DNA from: Tubulanus polymorphus
Lineage: Eukaryota; Animalia; Nemertea
DNA: 64,000 nt
Assembly (NCBI RefSeq): GCF_964204645.1
Contig: NC_134035.1
Span: 4,836,001 to 4,900,000, forward strand
Reading direction: 5' to 3'
Below are positions 49,401 through 62,400 of this stretch, in pieces. The translations under genes were made by a program, and so were the position numbers. The notes below the pieces were generated by a model. The model made no database searches and was not told where the DNA came from. It worked only from the letters and a program-made list of their open reading frames with translations. The number at the start of each line of letters is the position of its first letter. Within the stretch, counting starts at the first letter, position 1.

Positions 49401-51306
49401 CCGAGTCGAAGCAAGACAAGAATTGATCAGTTATTGATCTGCGCGCTCTGTCACAGAACTAGCACTCATTAAGACATCGCGTCGTTAGCAGTAATTACTA
49501 ATTATTTGTCGTCTGCCACTATGCACGGTAATATTGATTTATTCGTAATACCGATGGTCATTTCGTAATGTATATTACGCAGATAAGGCGAAAAAAGAGA
49601 GGGAAGAAAAAGAGAAAAAGTTTGAAGAAGCTCAATCAGCCCATCCCCATATAGAAGGTATCCAGTGATAGCGAATAGTAAATTTTTGATTTAGTTTTGA
49701 TTAAAAAGAGAATATGAAATCCTAATCATTGAAATTAAAAGTACAGACGGTTCTTAGAATGAGCAATGTAGCTGACGAATTTTGTTTTAAGTACCAACCG
49801 ATACGGACGGTAACCCGATATTAGAATGCCCTCATCTGGCGATGGTCGATGCGATGAAAAAAGCGTATGAAGATAAACAAAAACAAGAAGAGGAGACGAA
49901 ACAAAAGAAAATGGCCGCAGCAGAGGAGGCAGCAAAAGGTACAAATGAACCAAAATTATGGAGAATATATGGAGAATAAAGAATCCATTCGGTTCATCGA
50001 GTTGACTTTGTTTTAAATCAATGAAGTTGACCCTGTTTTATAGAAAAAGCTCTGAAAAAAGAACGAGAAGAAGCTCAGAAGCGACTGAGCGAAGCCCGGT
50101 CGGCCCATCCCGATATCGAAGGTATATCACGAATCATAGCTGTAGTTGGTATCGAGAAACTTTGTTGCCGCAGAGAATTGAGTTTGACGCGATTTAACTT
50201 TTGAAAATTTGAATTAAAGTACCGACTGACACTGATGGTAACCCGATATTAGAATGCCCTCATCTGGCGATGGTTGACGCGATGAAAAAGGCGTATGAAG
50301 ATAAATTAAAACAAGAGGAGGAGACAAAACGAAAGAAATTGGCTGCTGCAGAAGATGCTAAAGGTATCGAAGATGGTCTTCACTTGTTGAGGATGCAGAA
50401 ATCTTGCATTTTTGTGTCACGGTGTGTTTCTGACCTTTGTTGATGTTTTCCCATTACATTCTTGTGTAGAAAAAGCTTTGTTAAGGAAAATGGAAGCTCA
50501 GAAGAGACTGAATGAGGCTCAGAACGCCCATCCTAATATCGAAGGTACTTTCATAGTAGCCATAGTCTTTCACGTAGCGCGAGATTTAGATGCAGATATC
50601 TTACGTTTTCGAGTGATATACTTATCGTACATGTACATAATTTGAATTGAAGTGCCCAGCGACACGGACGGTAACCCGATATTAGAATGCCCTCATCTGG
50701 CGATGGTTGACGCGATGAAAAAGGCGTATGAAGACAAACAAAAACAAGACCGGCAAAAATTACAACTCGCGCAAGACGAGAAATGCAGCAGAGAAGGTAG
50801 CATTTGCAGTAGATAGTTGAGAATTAGAAATCGCACAGATTCGTGTCGCAGTAGAGAGTACAGCACTGAGTTAATAGCAGTTATGGAATTGAGATCGTGG
50901 TCGATTCTAGGCCCCGAAACGGTCGAAGATTTGAGCTTAAAATGACGCGGAAGTTGAAGAAAAGTTTGTGGAATTCCATTCCACTACAGGATAAGAGACA
51001 TATTATCCACTTTAGGATGATAAGAGACTTATTCAAGCACTGATTTCAAAGACCTATTTTAATGCTAGACATAGAATTTACCCATTTATATACTTGTAGC
51101 TGTGTTTTATTGCTGTTGTTGCCCTGCATTCATTTACGATTATATATAACGATGTTTTCTTTCACATTTGCAGGTCATTTCTTACTAAAAACTAAATTTC
51201 ATTAAAATTGAATGGACTGATTAATCGATAAAGTCATAGCAAAGATTGCACTGATGATAAGTTTGCAAAATTTTTCGTTTCAGAGACCGAAGCCAATAAA
51301 GTGTGA
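43474..51306 (+). CDS. FKBP4: FKBP4/FKBP52-type peptidyl-prolyl isomerase (2 FKBP domains + TPR) with a repeated C-terminal extension; ~779 aa long form, ~511 aa if exon 7 reads through to the stop at 48350
   Basis: Core exons 43474-43777, 44010-44273, 45259-45506, 45603-45686, 46018-46263, 47055-47243, 48150-48342 ([77 protein letters not shown]). Extension exons 48808-48933, 49583-49657, 49792-49938, 50044-50121, 50220-50363, 50470-50544, 50653-50796. Terminal exon uncertain: 51284-51306, or from 51174 or 50911. Confidence 0.9.
44836..45121. mobile_element. Mutator-like MITE with a 9-bp TSD
   Basis: CTCTGGAAG at 44827-44835 and 45122-45130; TIRs AGGACAATT(C)nGAAT / ATTC(G)nCAATTGTCCT. Confidence 0.8.
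46414..46587. mobile_element. Tigger-like MITE inside an older inverted-repeat element (46325-46650)
   Basis: CTGTGGAACCTCGTTAC...GTAACGAGGTTCCACTG; outer arms 46325-46387 and 46590-46650 are imperfect reverse complements. Confidence 0.7.
47311..47645 (+). mobile_element. tRNA-derived CORE-like SINE with an (ATT)n tail, inserted into a piggyBac-like MITE
   Basis: A box TGGCCGAGTG, B box GGTTCGAAACC, CORE-like GTGTCCTCGGGCAAGACACTT...GTAAATGGG, tail GCGCTATGTAAATGTCA(ATT)n; approximate TSD TAAAGYG. Confidence 0.85.
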
Positions 51307-53933
51307 AAATCTACGATGCGAGATTGTCGTCAAGGACAACGCAGCAGACGCGCTGATCTCAATATGAAATGATTAAATGTAGCTAAAAGGTTCAAAACGG
51401 GAGATGAAAAAACGTTTCTTCACTTGAGCAGCTAAACTACTGCGGGTGACTGCATTTAAACGGTCAGTATGATATGCAAAAAGTTAAAAAATATGGTGCA
51501 GTTACAGAAATGTTGAATCCAGTTTCGCAGACTGTAAGTTGAAATATGAACCTTTCATTGTTTAGGCCTACACTCTCGACGATTATAGATTGAAATTTTA
51601 CTCTTTTGGAAACGTAATCGGTAATTTTAACGTTGACTGTGGAACTGGTGCTAGGAATGAAATATAACATTGTTGCATGCATCTCATATAGCGCGGTATT
51701 ATATGAAACATTTTGTTTATGTCGTCAGTTGGCATTCATATTGATAATCTATGTGCAGTTGACTAACTATCTGTAAAGCATTTATCAGCGATAGTAGACA
51801 TGTAGTTCATTATTCTGTAAAAGCATTTAAAAAAAGAACCAGCTCTACAGTCGTACGAGTTCAAAAATTACGCAATAGTTTTCACGGCCGTCAATGAAAG
51901 ATTTTGAATTTCACTCAGATAAGACTTGAGTATTTGATGTTTTGTTATTTTAAGAAATGAACCGATTTCTAAAAATTTCAAAATTATGCAGGTTATAAGT
52001 AGTTGATGAAGATGCTTACAAAACGTTTTCCGCCACCCACCTCCTCCCGACAAAATTTCGCCAAATTTTTTGGCAGTAAATCGGTTTTTCATCATTTTGT
52101 AATTTTCGCATTTTTCGTTACGCGAAAGATAACTACATTCCTCGTAATGCGTGAATATTCGGTCATGAATAGTTTGTAGTTTGTTTATAAGTTTAAGCCT
52201 ATGTATATATATTATCTATGAAGAATAATTGTTTGTGTTGTACCATAATTGTTCTGAAGGCCACGAAAATAATCCTAAAATTTAACTTACCGATATTTTA
52301 CATTCTTATATCGTATTCTCCATGTCGAGTACTTCGCTGTACGTCTGGTATCGTCTGAAATAAACCAAATTGTTCTTCAACTTGAATCGAAATTCAGTTT
52401 TTGTTTGTTGTCAGTTTTACTGTAATGGACTCTTTGATCTTGGCGAATTCAAAACTATACAGGTTGAGGAACTGTCTGGTCATGTCGGAAGTGTGAAGCC
52501 CAGGCTTTGTTAGCCACGCTCTTGAGGAAACCAGTCCAGAACCCACACTCGAATGGCAGGCACGTTATACATGTTGCAGTCATAATAAGGATTTGCCCGA
52601 TAATATTGTTAGGATGATTATAAAGATAGGTGCCCAGTTGAGAGTTGCATGCACAAGTACCTTTTACCAAGGAAGTATTACACTTCCCTGCTTTTACAGA
52701 AGACATACGTAGTTAAGGGCTCTGTAGAATCTTGCTGCTGTGAAGCATTTATCAGGCCCCAAGGCTGCCATTTACAGTCAAATTCAAATTACTAAGTGTA
52801 AACATGATAACCATCCAAACTATGAGGACTTGAATAAGTTTGACTTCATAGTGTGCAATGCCTATACATAGAACTTGTTACATGGAATCATGCCCGAGGA
52901 CTATTTTTTCACTTAAGAGCATGTTACAAGAACGTCACTAAGATGTTTTGCCATCATCAAATCTTATCAAAATTCTGTAGCCATCCAGCATCATACTCAT
53001 CTACAAGATAACATACGCAACAATGCTTTTAACCCCAGCTTGTCAACTGGACACGCTGTTCCTTGTCAAGTCATCAAAATCATATATCCCCAACCCATTT
53101 TCCAGGGGATTATGAAATACTGGTAGCCGTCTAGTCGGACACCTTACACTGTATCAAATATCAGCCTTCCACTATAGGTCAGACAGCCTCAAATAGCATT
53201 CTAACAGATTTAAACTCCTCGAATAAACGAACAATGTCTCGATTTTGATGATAAAACCAATTTATTCACGAAAAATTAACAACTAAAGTCATGGATGTGT
53301 GCATTAAATATTTGTTCCCAAAAAATCATTGTCGATTACATCACAGTTAAAATACGAGGGGTTTATATTCTACAGTAAAAAGCGCTTTTAATATGTTCCC
53401 AGCTCCACAGTCCTGCGATAACATTTGACTTTTAGCGTTAAATAATTGAAAATAAACTAATGAGACAAATCTAAAAATAAATTTCATTAAAAGCCTTTTC
53501 TATAAGCTATAAGTGGAATTATTAAGAATATAAAATGGTAGAATATTAGAAAAGTGTGAAAATTAGTATAGATGGATACTTAAGTGTGAGCATTGCCGAA
53601 AAATAATAGCGTACAATTGAACGAATCAGAAATCAGTTTCAAGAAGTAGACCATATTTCACGCAGAATTTAGCACCAACATTTATGCGTCGAAACAAAGA
53701 AGGATATCATGAATCAAAAATAATTTAAACAACCAACGAATAAGTATAAACTCTTCCATCCAATATAATCATCGGCCATAGAAATATGGCGTCGACACGG
53801 GCTTCCCCGATAGTAACTCTGTATACATTCGTACACGTAAGGAAGTCGAAAATGTGACCGTCAGCTTTCTGAGAGTCACGCGCGGACGGCTGATAGTCGA
53901 CAGTTCGCAGATCTCTCTATCGTAGATTCTCGC

Positions 53934-56900
53934 CTAAACCCGATTTACCAATATACATTCATTCTTCTCTCTGAAATACTCGTTGAACCTCACGACGGCG
54001 TAGCTGAAAATATATGCACATACATACGTTATGCCGACTAATTCTTACGATAAACGTGGATCGATGCTCAGAAGTGAAGAACGCTATTTTCTTTACTCAC
54101 TCGAGGAAATCGAAGTCGAGTGTGGAATGAGCCGCCTGAATCACCGCCCACATTCCCCAGAATAAGTGAGCCATCTAGAAATATAGATAAACTAATGATT
54201 AATGCGTGCAATATAACCACATTTGTCTACGAGGACAGGGGTTCATATTGTGACAGAGTCTCCTGACACTGTCAGCTTCGAATCCCTGTGAGGGAGGATG
54301 GGTCTACTAAGACAGGGGCTCGTCACTCAGTCTCCTGTTATTTTTGTTTCTCTGATGATGGAAGTTTAATCAAAACTACGAAACTATCAGAAAATAAATA
54401 GTTTTTAGTCATCAACTGTTGGTTTTACTTGTCAACAAAGTTCCCTGAAGCAATTGGCTTAAAATTCCTACGATGGAGAATAGGTCTGGGACAGTCTCAC
54501 GATGCCATCAACTTCAAATCCCAGTGAGGGAGAATGGGTTTATTAGGACAGTGGCTTGTCACAGAGTCTCACGATGCAATCAGCATCAAATCCCAGTGAT
54601 GGATAATAAGTCTACTATGGCAGTCTCACTATGCCATGAACTTCAAATCCCTGTGAAGGAGAATGTGTTTACTAGGAGTCTCATGATGCCATCAATTTTA
54701 AATCCCTGTGAGGGAGAATGTGTTTACTAGGAGAGTCCCATGATGCCATCAACTTCAAATCCCTGAGGGAGAATGGGTCTACTAGAATAGTGACTTGTCT
54801 CCTGCGACGGATCCCTGTTGTAAGGATGTACCCATGCAAAGTGAAGGGTCAATACTTACAAGCATAAAAACTTGTACTTGTTCATACAGAGTTTCCACTA
54901 ACTCCTCAGTGATCGGCGCATCCGACCTGCCTTCTATGTCATGTTTGTACTCGAGATATTTGCGCAACCACGGCAATTGCTCGTCTTTTTTCGGCAACTT
55001 GTCATAGTCGACGACGTCGAGTCCTGAAATATGTGTGGAAAAACGTAAGCCAGAGTTCACTGATGTTCTTCAGGAATCGAGGGCATCCCGCATTCAAACG
55101 AAGGATTAAAATTCACGCTACCCCCTTCCTAATAGCTACCAACAATTAAAAGCTTGGTTCCAAATCAATTAATGCTTTTAGATTCTGGCTTAATGAGACA
55201 ATGATAACGTTTTGAGTTAATTTTGGGCATCTTGAATAAAATGAAAATTTATTTAATTCGCTTATACACCACCCTTGCTTATCCGCTGAAATTTCAGAGG
55301 CCCTGATAGTGGAGTATAACCGAGTGTTGATGGGTATTGTAAGGACATCTTTCAACATACCTGCCCATTCACAAAAGTGATTACCGATATCATAACCGTA
55401 GTAATTAAATGCGGCATATTCGTAATCAATAAAATACGTTCGATCTGCAAAACAAATAATACGAAAAAAGTTGTTACTGGTAGCTTTCAGCTGCAAATTA
55501 AAAGCATATCTTGACTAGTACACTGAATAAACACAGTATTTCAGAGTTAATGGATAAAACCCACAGTTGATGATATAACAGTTTTATTCTGACACTTTTT
55601 ACGTTTTAATTAAACTTCATCATCAGAGAAATGGAAAAAACAGGGTTTTTTTCGACTTTTTTTCATTTCTCTGATGATGAAGTTTAGTCAAAACTTCGAA
55701 ACTGTCAGAATAGATTGTTAAATCATCAGTTACTGTGGGGTTTGCTCATCTTATTTCATACTCACCGTCTTTTTTGTTGTAAACCATATTTTTCAGTAGT
55801 AGATCGTTGTGTGAGAAAACGGGCGATGCTCCGAATGATTCGACGACATCGCGTAATTGTCGTAATTCCGTCTCTAGTTTCGCGACGCTCGGCACCTCAT
55901 TGACAAATCTAAAATGACAAAAAAATGGAAACTTAAAATGATTTTATTCAAAACCTAAGAGTAAGTTTTAGGTAGGTTTCGATTGAACATACGCTGTACA
56001 TATTAACTGAACTTTAGAAGAAAAGTTCGAAATTTGGTATGTTCTCAGTTTTCTGTTAAGATATGATTGGGTTGTTAACGGCGCGTTTTAAGTACGATGG
56101 TTGAATCGACCTGAGCCGGGATAACTGAGCTCAAAAACTAGTTCGGAAAAAATCTAGCTCACTAGCTGTCACTCCAGCAGCACTACAGAAGATACATACA
56201 ATATCTTCAACATATAATATCTTCAAGCATGCTGTCCTCATATATGCCTATCTATACCACTGAAGGAGCAATCAAGCTAATTATTATAGCTTATCAATAA
56301 CTATGAGATCTCACTTGAAAACTAATCAATTATATTGAATTAATTGCTTTTTGTTTCTGCGTTTGCGAAAGTACTTAGTGATATTCAAACGGGAGGTATA
56401 CCGTACACAATACAGCCGATAAAAATGCATTCGACATTTCAAATATCAATTTCGATCCACTGTTCTCACTGAGCAAACGTGGTACAGCTGTCACCAGTTA
56501 CTAATAAAAACCACCAGTGTTTCCAGCATTCAACGATTCATCAAACAAATGAAACCCACTCGACGACATACTCCGAATACTGGTGATGAAATTAATCATT
56601 CTTTCGCTATATTACGATGTAGAATGTATGGTAATTATAGTTGAAACAAAGGCCAATACTATAGGTTTTTAGCATTTTAACCTACTTAAGAATGTCACAT
56701 ATGGCACAACTATATAGTTTTCATATTTATATATTTTTCATTTTTTTTTTAGTAATAATAAACCTCTCAGTAATGTACGGTAATCTATCGTCTAAATTCA
56801 TATCGTACCTGTTGTTTTTGTCTGGATCGTCAAAGCTTTTCGGGCGCAGTGCCAAGTATTTTTTCAAAGTGTTGAAATAGGACGACTCGCACGGCCGGCC

Positions 56901-58899
56901 GTTCGTATTCGGTATATCTGAGTATTTGATACTGTGGATAAGCGCCATTTCTCGGGCAATCAATCTACCAAAAAAGAAAAATAGATTTAAGACATAAATC
57001 GCTGCTGCGGGTTTATATTGCGAATGCGGCATCACGTCATAAAGCCAGTTTTAAATCTCTGCTAGGTAGGAAGATGGCAGAATCGCACGATGTGTCATCA
57101 GTTGGTATTCCTGCTAGGGGGATGGATCCATGAGGGCGGAGGTTTGTACCGTGGCGGTGCCTTATAGCGCCACCAGGTACAAGAAAAATCAGCATTTATA
57201 ATTCATATTTCAGCACTAGTCTGAAGAATACCAGACGATATGACATTATGACCCCAGAACACTTGCTTTCAGCACAAACCATTCGTCTAACCCTAGCATT
57301 TCTAGTGTCACTTGGCCCAAAAGAAGACCGTAGGTACACAAAAGGTTACGTTCGAAAGACATACCAACCGGGGGCCAGTTGCTTCAAGTTGATTTGATAA
57401 CTGGTGAATAAATACCATAGTTACAATGAACATTCAATTGCCACTGTGTCAACTATCCACTGTTTAACTCTAACCAACTTTTGAGCAACTGGACCATCAA
57501 AAGTTGGAAAATCTGTCCGTTATAACAAATGGTTCTTATGGTTCTCATATAAGAACTATTTGTTATAAGTACTGACAGATTTTCTGAAATGGGAGGAAAT
57601 TACATGATGTACATCGGAACCTCTTTGCAGACACTCCCGCAGACAAAAACAGTCTGTTTAATTCGAACTGATATTTCATTTTATCAGTGAGAAATGAATG
57701 ATTTGACATTACGTGCATTGTCAACATAATATATAGGCTAGTCCTCTTATTGTAGAGTATTATCATAAACATATCACGGAGTATTAACATATCACGGCCT
57801 AAAATTGTGAAAATCAAATGTACCCAGTAATTGAAATAGAATAATTGTAATTGCCGAGAAGATAATACGTTCTATTATACTCGTACATACATTATGTATA
57901 TACGATATCATTAATATCGACTATAAATATAAAACGACTCGGGTCTGGACAATAGAGAACTATTCAGTAACATATGGATCCCTAAGCATTATTGATCTAA
58001 ATGAACTTTCCAGAGACAGACAGAGACCTGGATGAAAATATAGAACGATTTGAATTGTGCATCCACTTAAACCTGGAGGACATGTATTTGGTTTGATCAG
58101 AGGAGTAAAAGTGGTATAGCTGTATTTCATTCTGATACTGATAGCAGACTCAATCCAACAAACCCCATTCATCAAAGTTATAATTCGATGATTTCAAATG
58201 TTTTAGAGTCAAAACTATGGTTCTGTTTTTCCTCAAAGGCTCTAAAAGACTATTTGACCTAATTCTTGAATATTATAGAATTCCCGGGCATCGGCCTAAT
58301 GTAGATTACTTATTTCAAATCAATTGGGACATGTGATTTATTTTCGAGAAATCTAATCTAGAAAATTGAATTTTAGTTGATTCAGTAAACCTTGATTCTG
58401 TCCCTCAGACATGACTGGGAAAAAAACTAAATCATTTTCTGCTACAAATAAGGACCTGCAAAATTTTTCTAGAGGTAATAAGACAAATTTGTCGGGTCTT
58501 TTTTTTGTCCGAGTTAGGCTAGGTTTACCATATTTTAGGGAAAGCCAGATTGGACTTTCTATTGGCAATGGTTAAGAAATGATTCCAATTGCGAAGAGTA
58601 ACAAATTAAAGTCCAAATCTCCAGCGGCCATATTGAACTTACCCGGACACGTGAGGGTCTCGTACGATCACGTCGTCAGTCACCGAGCCATGGATGAATC
58701 CGTAAGCGAGTCCGTTATTGTATACGCAGTATAGCGGTTTCGCGGCGCCGATCGAATTCAACAGCCTCATGTTCATCTGTTCGGCCTGCCGGTCGATAAT
58801 CAGTTCAGTTTTCTTGCCGTAAATTCGAATCAGGACGACGTCGTCGAACGCCCCGACGTAACATCCAATCAGCTTATTCGTGATTCCATCGGTAAAAAC
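53934..58899 (-). CDS. ETNK1: Ethanolamine kinase (choline/ethanolamine kinase family); exon 1 not in this window
   Basis: Exons 58899-58643, 56964-56809, 55908-55766, 55444-55361, 55023-54860, 54174-54101, 54003-53934; motifs FTDGITNKL, VLIRIYGKKTELIIDR, VFSHNDLLLKN, FIDYEYAAFNYYGYDIGNHFCEWAG, HLFWGMWAVIQ, DFDFLDYA. Confidence 0.92.
54225..54815. repeat. Imperfect ~55-70 bp tandem repeat in an ETNK intron, interrupted by a family B element
   Basis: Recurrent GTCTCACGATGCCATCAACTTCAAATCCCTGTGAGGGAGAATG. Confidence 0.8.
54347..54393 (+). ncRNA. Family B hammerhead-like motif, slightly degenerate
   Basis: TTTCT-CTGATGA-TG-GAAGTTT(aatca)AAACTAC-GAAA-CT-ATC-AGAAA. Confidence 0.5.
55511..55750. 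mobile_element. Family B Penelope-like inverted (palindromic) insertion
   Basis: 55511-55635 is a reverse-oriented family B copy facing the forward copy at ~55660-55750. Confidence 0.7.
55667..55710 (+). ncRNA. Minimal hammerhead ribozyme motif with an intact core and GUC site
   Basis: TTCT-CTGATGA-T-GAAGTTT(agtca)AAACTTC-GAAA-C-t-GTC-AGAA: stem I TTCT/AGAA, 7-bp stem II, minimal stem III. Confidence 0.75.
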
Positions 58900-58910
58900 C
58901 TGAATATGAA

Positions 58911-58941
<31 letters not shown>

Positions 58942-59200
58942 TGTTTTCTTATATAGCACAGATCTAAGAAATAATCACAATACAGAAAATTGTTAAAATT
59001 ACATAAGTTAGGTATACATGCATAATAAAACAATACATAGTAGGTTTTAAGAGTAGGTTTGGCTAAAAAGGTATGTCTTAAGATTACGTTTAAAAATATC
59101 AACAGACACACTTTCAGAGATATTGGAAGTTTGTTCCAGAGGATTGAGGACTAATACATTTAAAAGATCGACTGCCGTACGAAAACCATTCATAGTGAAT
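58911..59200 (-). mobile_element. L2-like LINE 3' fragment
   Basis: Frameshifted minus-strand peptide YGSRSFKCISP / LWNKLP / SVDIFKRNLKTYLFSQTYS*, and an (ATT)n tail preceded by GTGCTATATAAG. Confidence 0.7.
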
Positions 59201-59493
59201 CCATCAAATGACGTAGCGAAGTGTTTTATATATTTATATTTATATATATTATGTTTATCTATTTATTATTGGAAATAATTCTCTGAAAGTTAGGTGCACT
59301 TGTATAGTATTCGGAATAATTACTAGGCCTACAGTGCATGCTACCCCTCATATAGGCTCATTTTTTGCAATCATTGCAGCTCTAATTTGATCGGATGCGT
59401 TTTAATAAATGTGCTTATAAACCTACAGTCTGGTTAGGGCCTACATATTTCGTAGTGACTGCAGTTTGGTGTCCCTATAGGGCCTAATGGTTA

Positions 59494-62400
59494 GGGTAAC
59501 TCACTGTAATTTCGGAAGACCACATAAGTTCGGAAGTTTTCTTCTACGGCCTCTCCGCGGTCGCGGAGAGGGAATACCTATTTGGACTAGCTTAAATTTG
59601 AAAAAGGGGGAGTAGGTTGGTATTTCCTGGGAATTCCACGGGAATCCGCGCCATTTTGATGACGTAGTACGCATTTCTTTCTGGCACACGAAATCAGCGC
59701 GGCAAATCGCTAAAGTCGGTCACGTAAGTACACTATTGATTCGACCCGCTTTTACGGCATTTCGTGGCAGCCGATACGTAAACACTGCCGCGAAGTTCTA
59801 GGAAGCCGATAGTTTGTTTATAAACATTCATTTACTATCGGAATACGCTCATTGTTACATAAACGTCGATTTTCAAAAACTCAAACGCCTACACATAATT
59901 TCGGAAATCCCATACCCAGCTTTCACGGCTCCTCCACGTAATTTCGGAAGTTCCGAAATAATGTATAATTGTTATTGCGTATGTTTACACAGCTGTTTTT
60001 CCTAGAAATGAACGATTCTATTTCTAATTCAAAACAACAAACAACTTTTTTAGATTAAAATTGAATTTATTTAAGCTTAGGCCTATAATTAGTTGGACCT
60101 TGTGGCTAATGACTGTAGCAGCCTAATAAAATTAAAACAAATTGAAAAACTACCACAAATTGAAGGTCTTAACCCTAAGCTGTTTTATCGGCCCGAGGAC
60201 AGTGCCCTTTCTCTGTAAGCATTAATTTAAAATTTGGTTTTATTTCCAGGATGCCAAAGGTTTATTGCAAATGGTCAGAAGACCAAATGACCAACGCGAT
60301 TGAATCAGTGAAATCTGGCTCTTCGATATTGAGAGCAGCCAGTGAGTTTTCTGTACCAAAATCAACTCTGCATGATAGAGTTAGTGGAAAAATCTGTCAT
60401 GCAACAGCAAAATTAGGCAGGCCGACCCATCTCAGCATGGTGGATGAGACAAAACTTGCAGACTTTGCAAAGAACCGAGCTGATTTGGGGTATGGGTTTT
60501 CGAAAAGTAATTTTCTGAGGTATGCTGGTGATTTGGCACTCAAACGCGGCAAACCATTCCAGGAGGTATGTCTATTGACTTGTGATCTGTTAATTCTCAG
60601 CTTGGTATGTAGGCCTATAAGTTAAAAAAACCTATATATATATACCGGTATTTATATCTGTAGGTTGTTCCTAGTGACCAGTTTTGGGCTGGCTTTAAAG
60701 CCAGACACCCAAGCGTATCGTTGCGAAAGCCAGAGGGCACTGCTGCTGTTAGGCACCAGTGCATGAACGTGAAAAAAGTAGGCAGCTATTTCAAGGCCAT
60801 CCAGAGTGCATTGGCTGGTATTCAGCCAATGTACATCTGGAACCTTGACGAAACCGGGGTTCAGTTGACCCACGTACCAGGGAAAATCGTAGCAAGGTAG
60901 GGCAAATTGATGATTTTTGATGTAACGAACTGGCCAATTACACTGATCTTATTACAACTACATTCTTATTGTTAATATATCATCTAGAAACAGAGTTTAA
61001 TTTTACAATTCTCTGCTGATACCTTAATGAATAGGCCTACTTGGTTTTTTCAGAAAAGGAAGCAAGTACGTTCAGTCACGGATTAGCGGAAACCGGGAGA
61101 CGATTACTGTTATGGCGTGTGGTAATGCCTCAGGGCAAATGCTGGCACCACACGTCATATTCAAAGGAAAAACTGTCGCTTCGCTGCAATCGGTGGATTC
61201 GATAAATGCTCCGGCTGGAACAACTCTGTCAGTTTCAGAAACAGGGTGGACTAAACAGGTATTTATTAAAACAACAAAAATATTAAACAATTATTTGAAA
61301 TCCACCATATTCTAACCATTAAATGTATTTTATCTTTGAATTTTCTAGGGTATTGCCACACTTTGGTTTCGAGAAAGCTTCCTTCCGGCAATCGGACAAA
61401 CACGTCCACAAATATTAATTTCAGATGGCCATAATAGTCACAACTTCCTAGAACTAGTCGAATTAGCCAGACAGAACGAAATCACTCTAGTTGAGTTGCC
61501 AGAGCATACATCACACTGGCTGCAACCCCTAGATAGGTAACACCACAATCCTTTTCTTAACTCTTTGTAGTATATTCTAGCAATAATATTAATGGTTTAT
61601 TTTTACATAAACAGAACGTGTTTCAAGACTTTAAAGTCTAGCTGGAACCGCTTATGTCAAGAATTCTCCAATGATTACCCGGGGAGAGTGATAAACAAAA
61701 GCTGCTTCTTCGAAATATTTCGCAAGGCTTGGCAGAGCATTTCACCAGATATGCTTATCAATGGTTTCAGGTCTTGCGGAATATTTCCTTTCAACCCGTA
61801 TGCCATACCAAACGAGGCGTACTTACCGTCTACAACAACTGTTCGCGATATAGTGAGTTATACATTCATATATGTATTGTATCGGCTAAAATGTCCTCAT
61901 ATATAAGTGACTAGCATTTATTTATATTCAGATATCAGATCCTGCTTCATTATTGCCAATACAATCATTTGAATTGAATCAAAATCCACCAAGCGAGGTA
62001 ACATATTACAATTATGCAATTTTGCAATAGAATTTGAAAAATTTACGTTTTTCTTGATGAATTTTGTTCCATAGTTACACTAATAACAGTTGACGATAGC
62101 GTTATGATTGCTTTAACAAACTTTTAGAATTACTTCTGTGTTTCAGCATTTTTCTGTCCTTGGAGAGCTGCTACATGCAAGATATCCTTTTAAAAACCTG
62201 AATAAACCTGAATAAATTTGCAAGAAACTGAAATGAATTCAATTCAAAATATTTTATTTTAACTTTTGAAAATTAGTGAAAGATACTTATACTGTTTGAT
62301 ATTTTTTTCAGGCTCTACCGGTGAACAATTCTCGTTCTTATAGTACTGCGCTACAGACGTTGGAGTCGGTTATCTCACCTGAAATGAAAATACAATTTGA

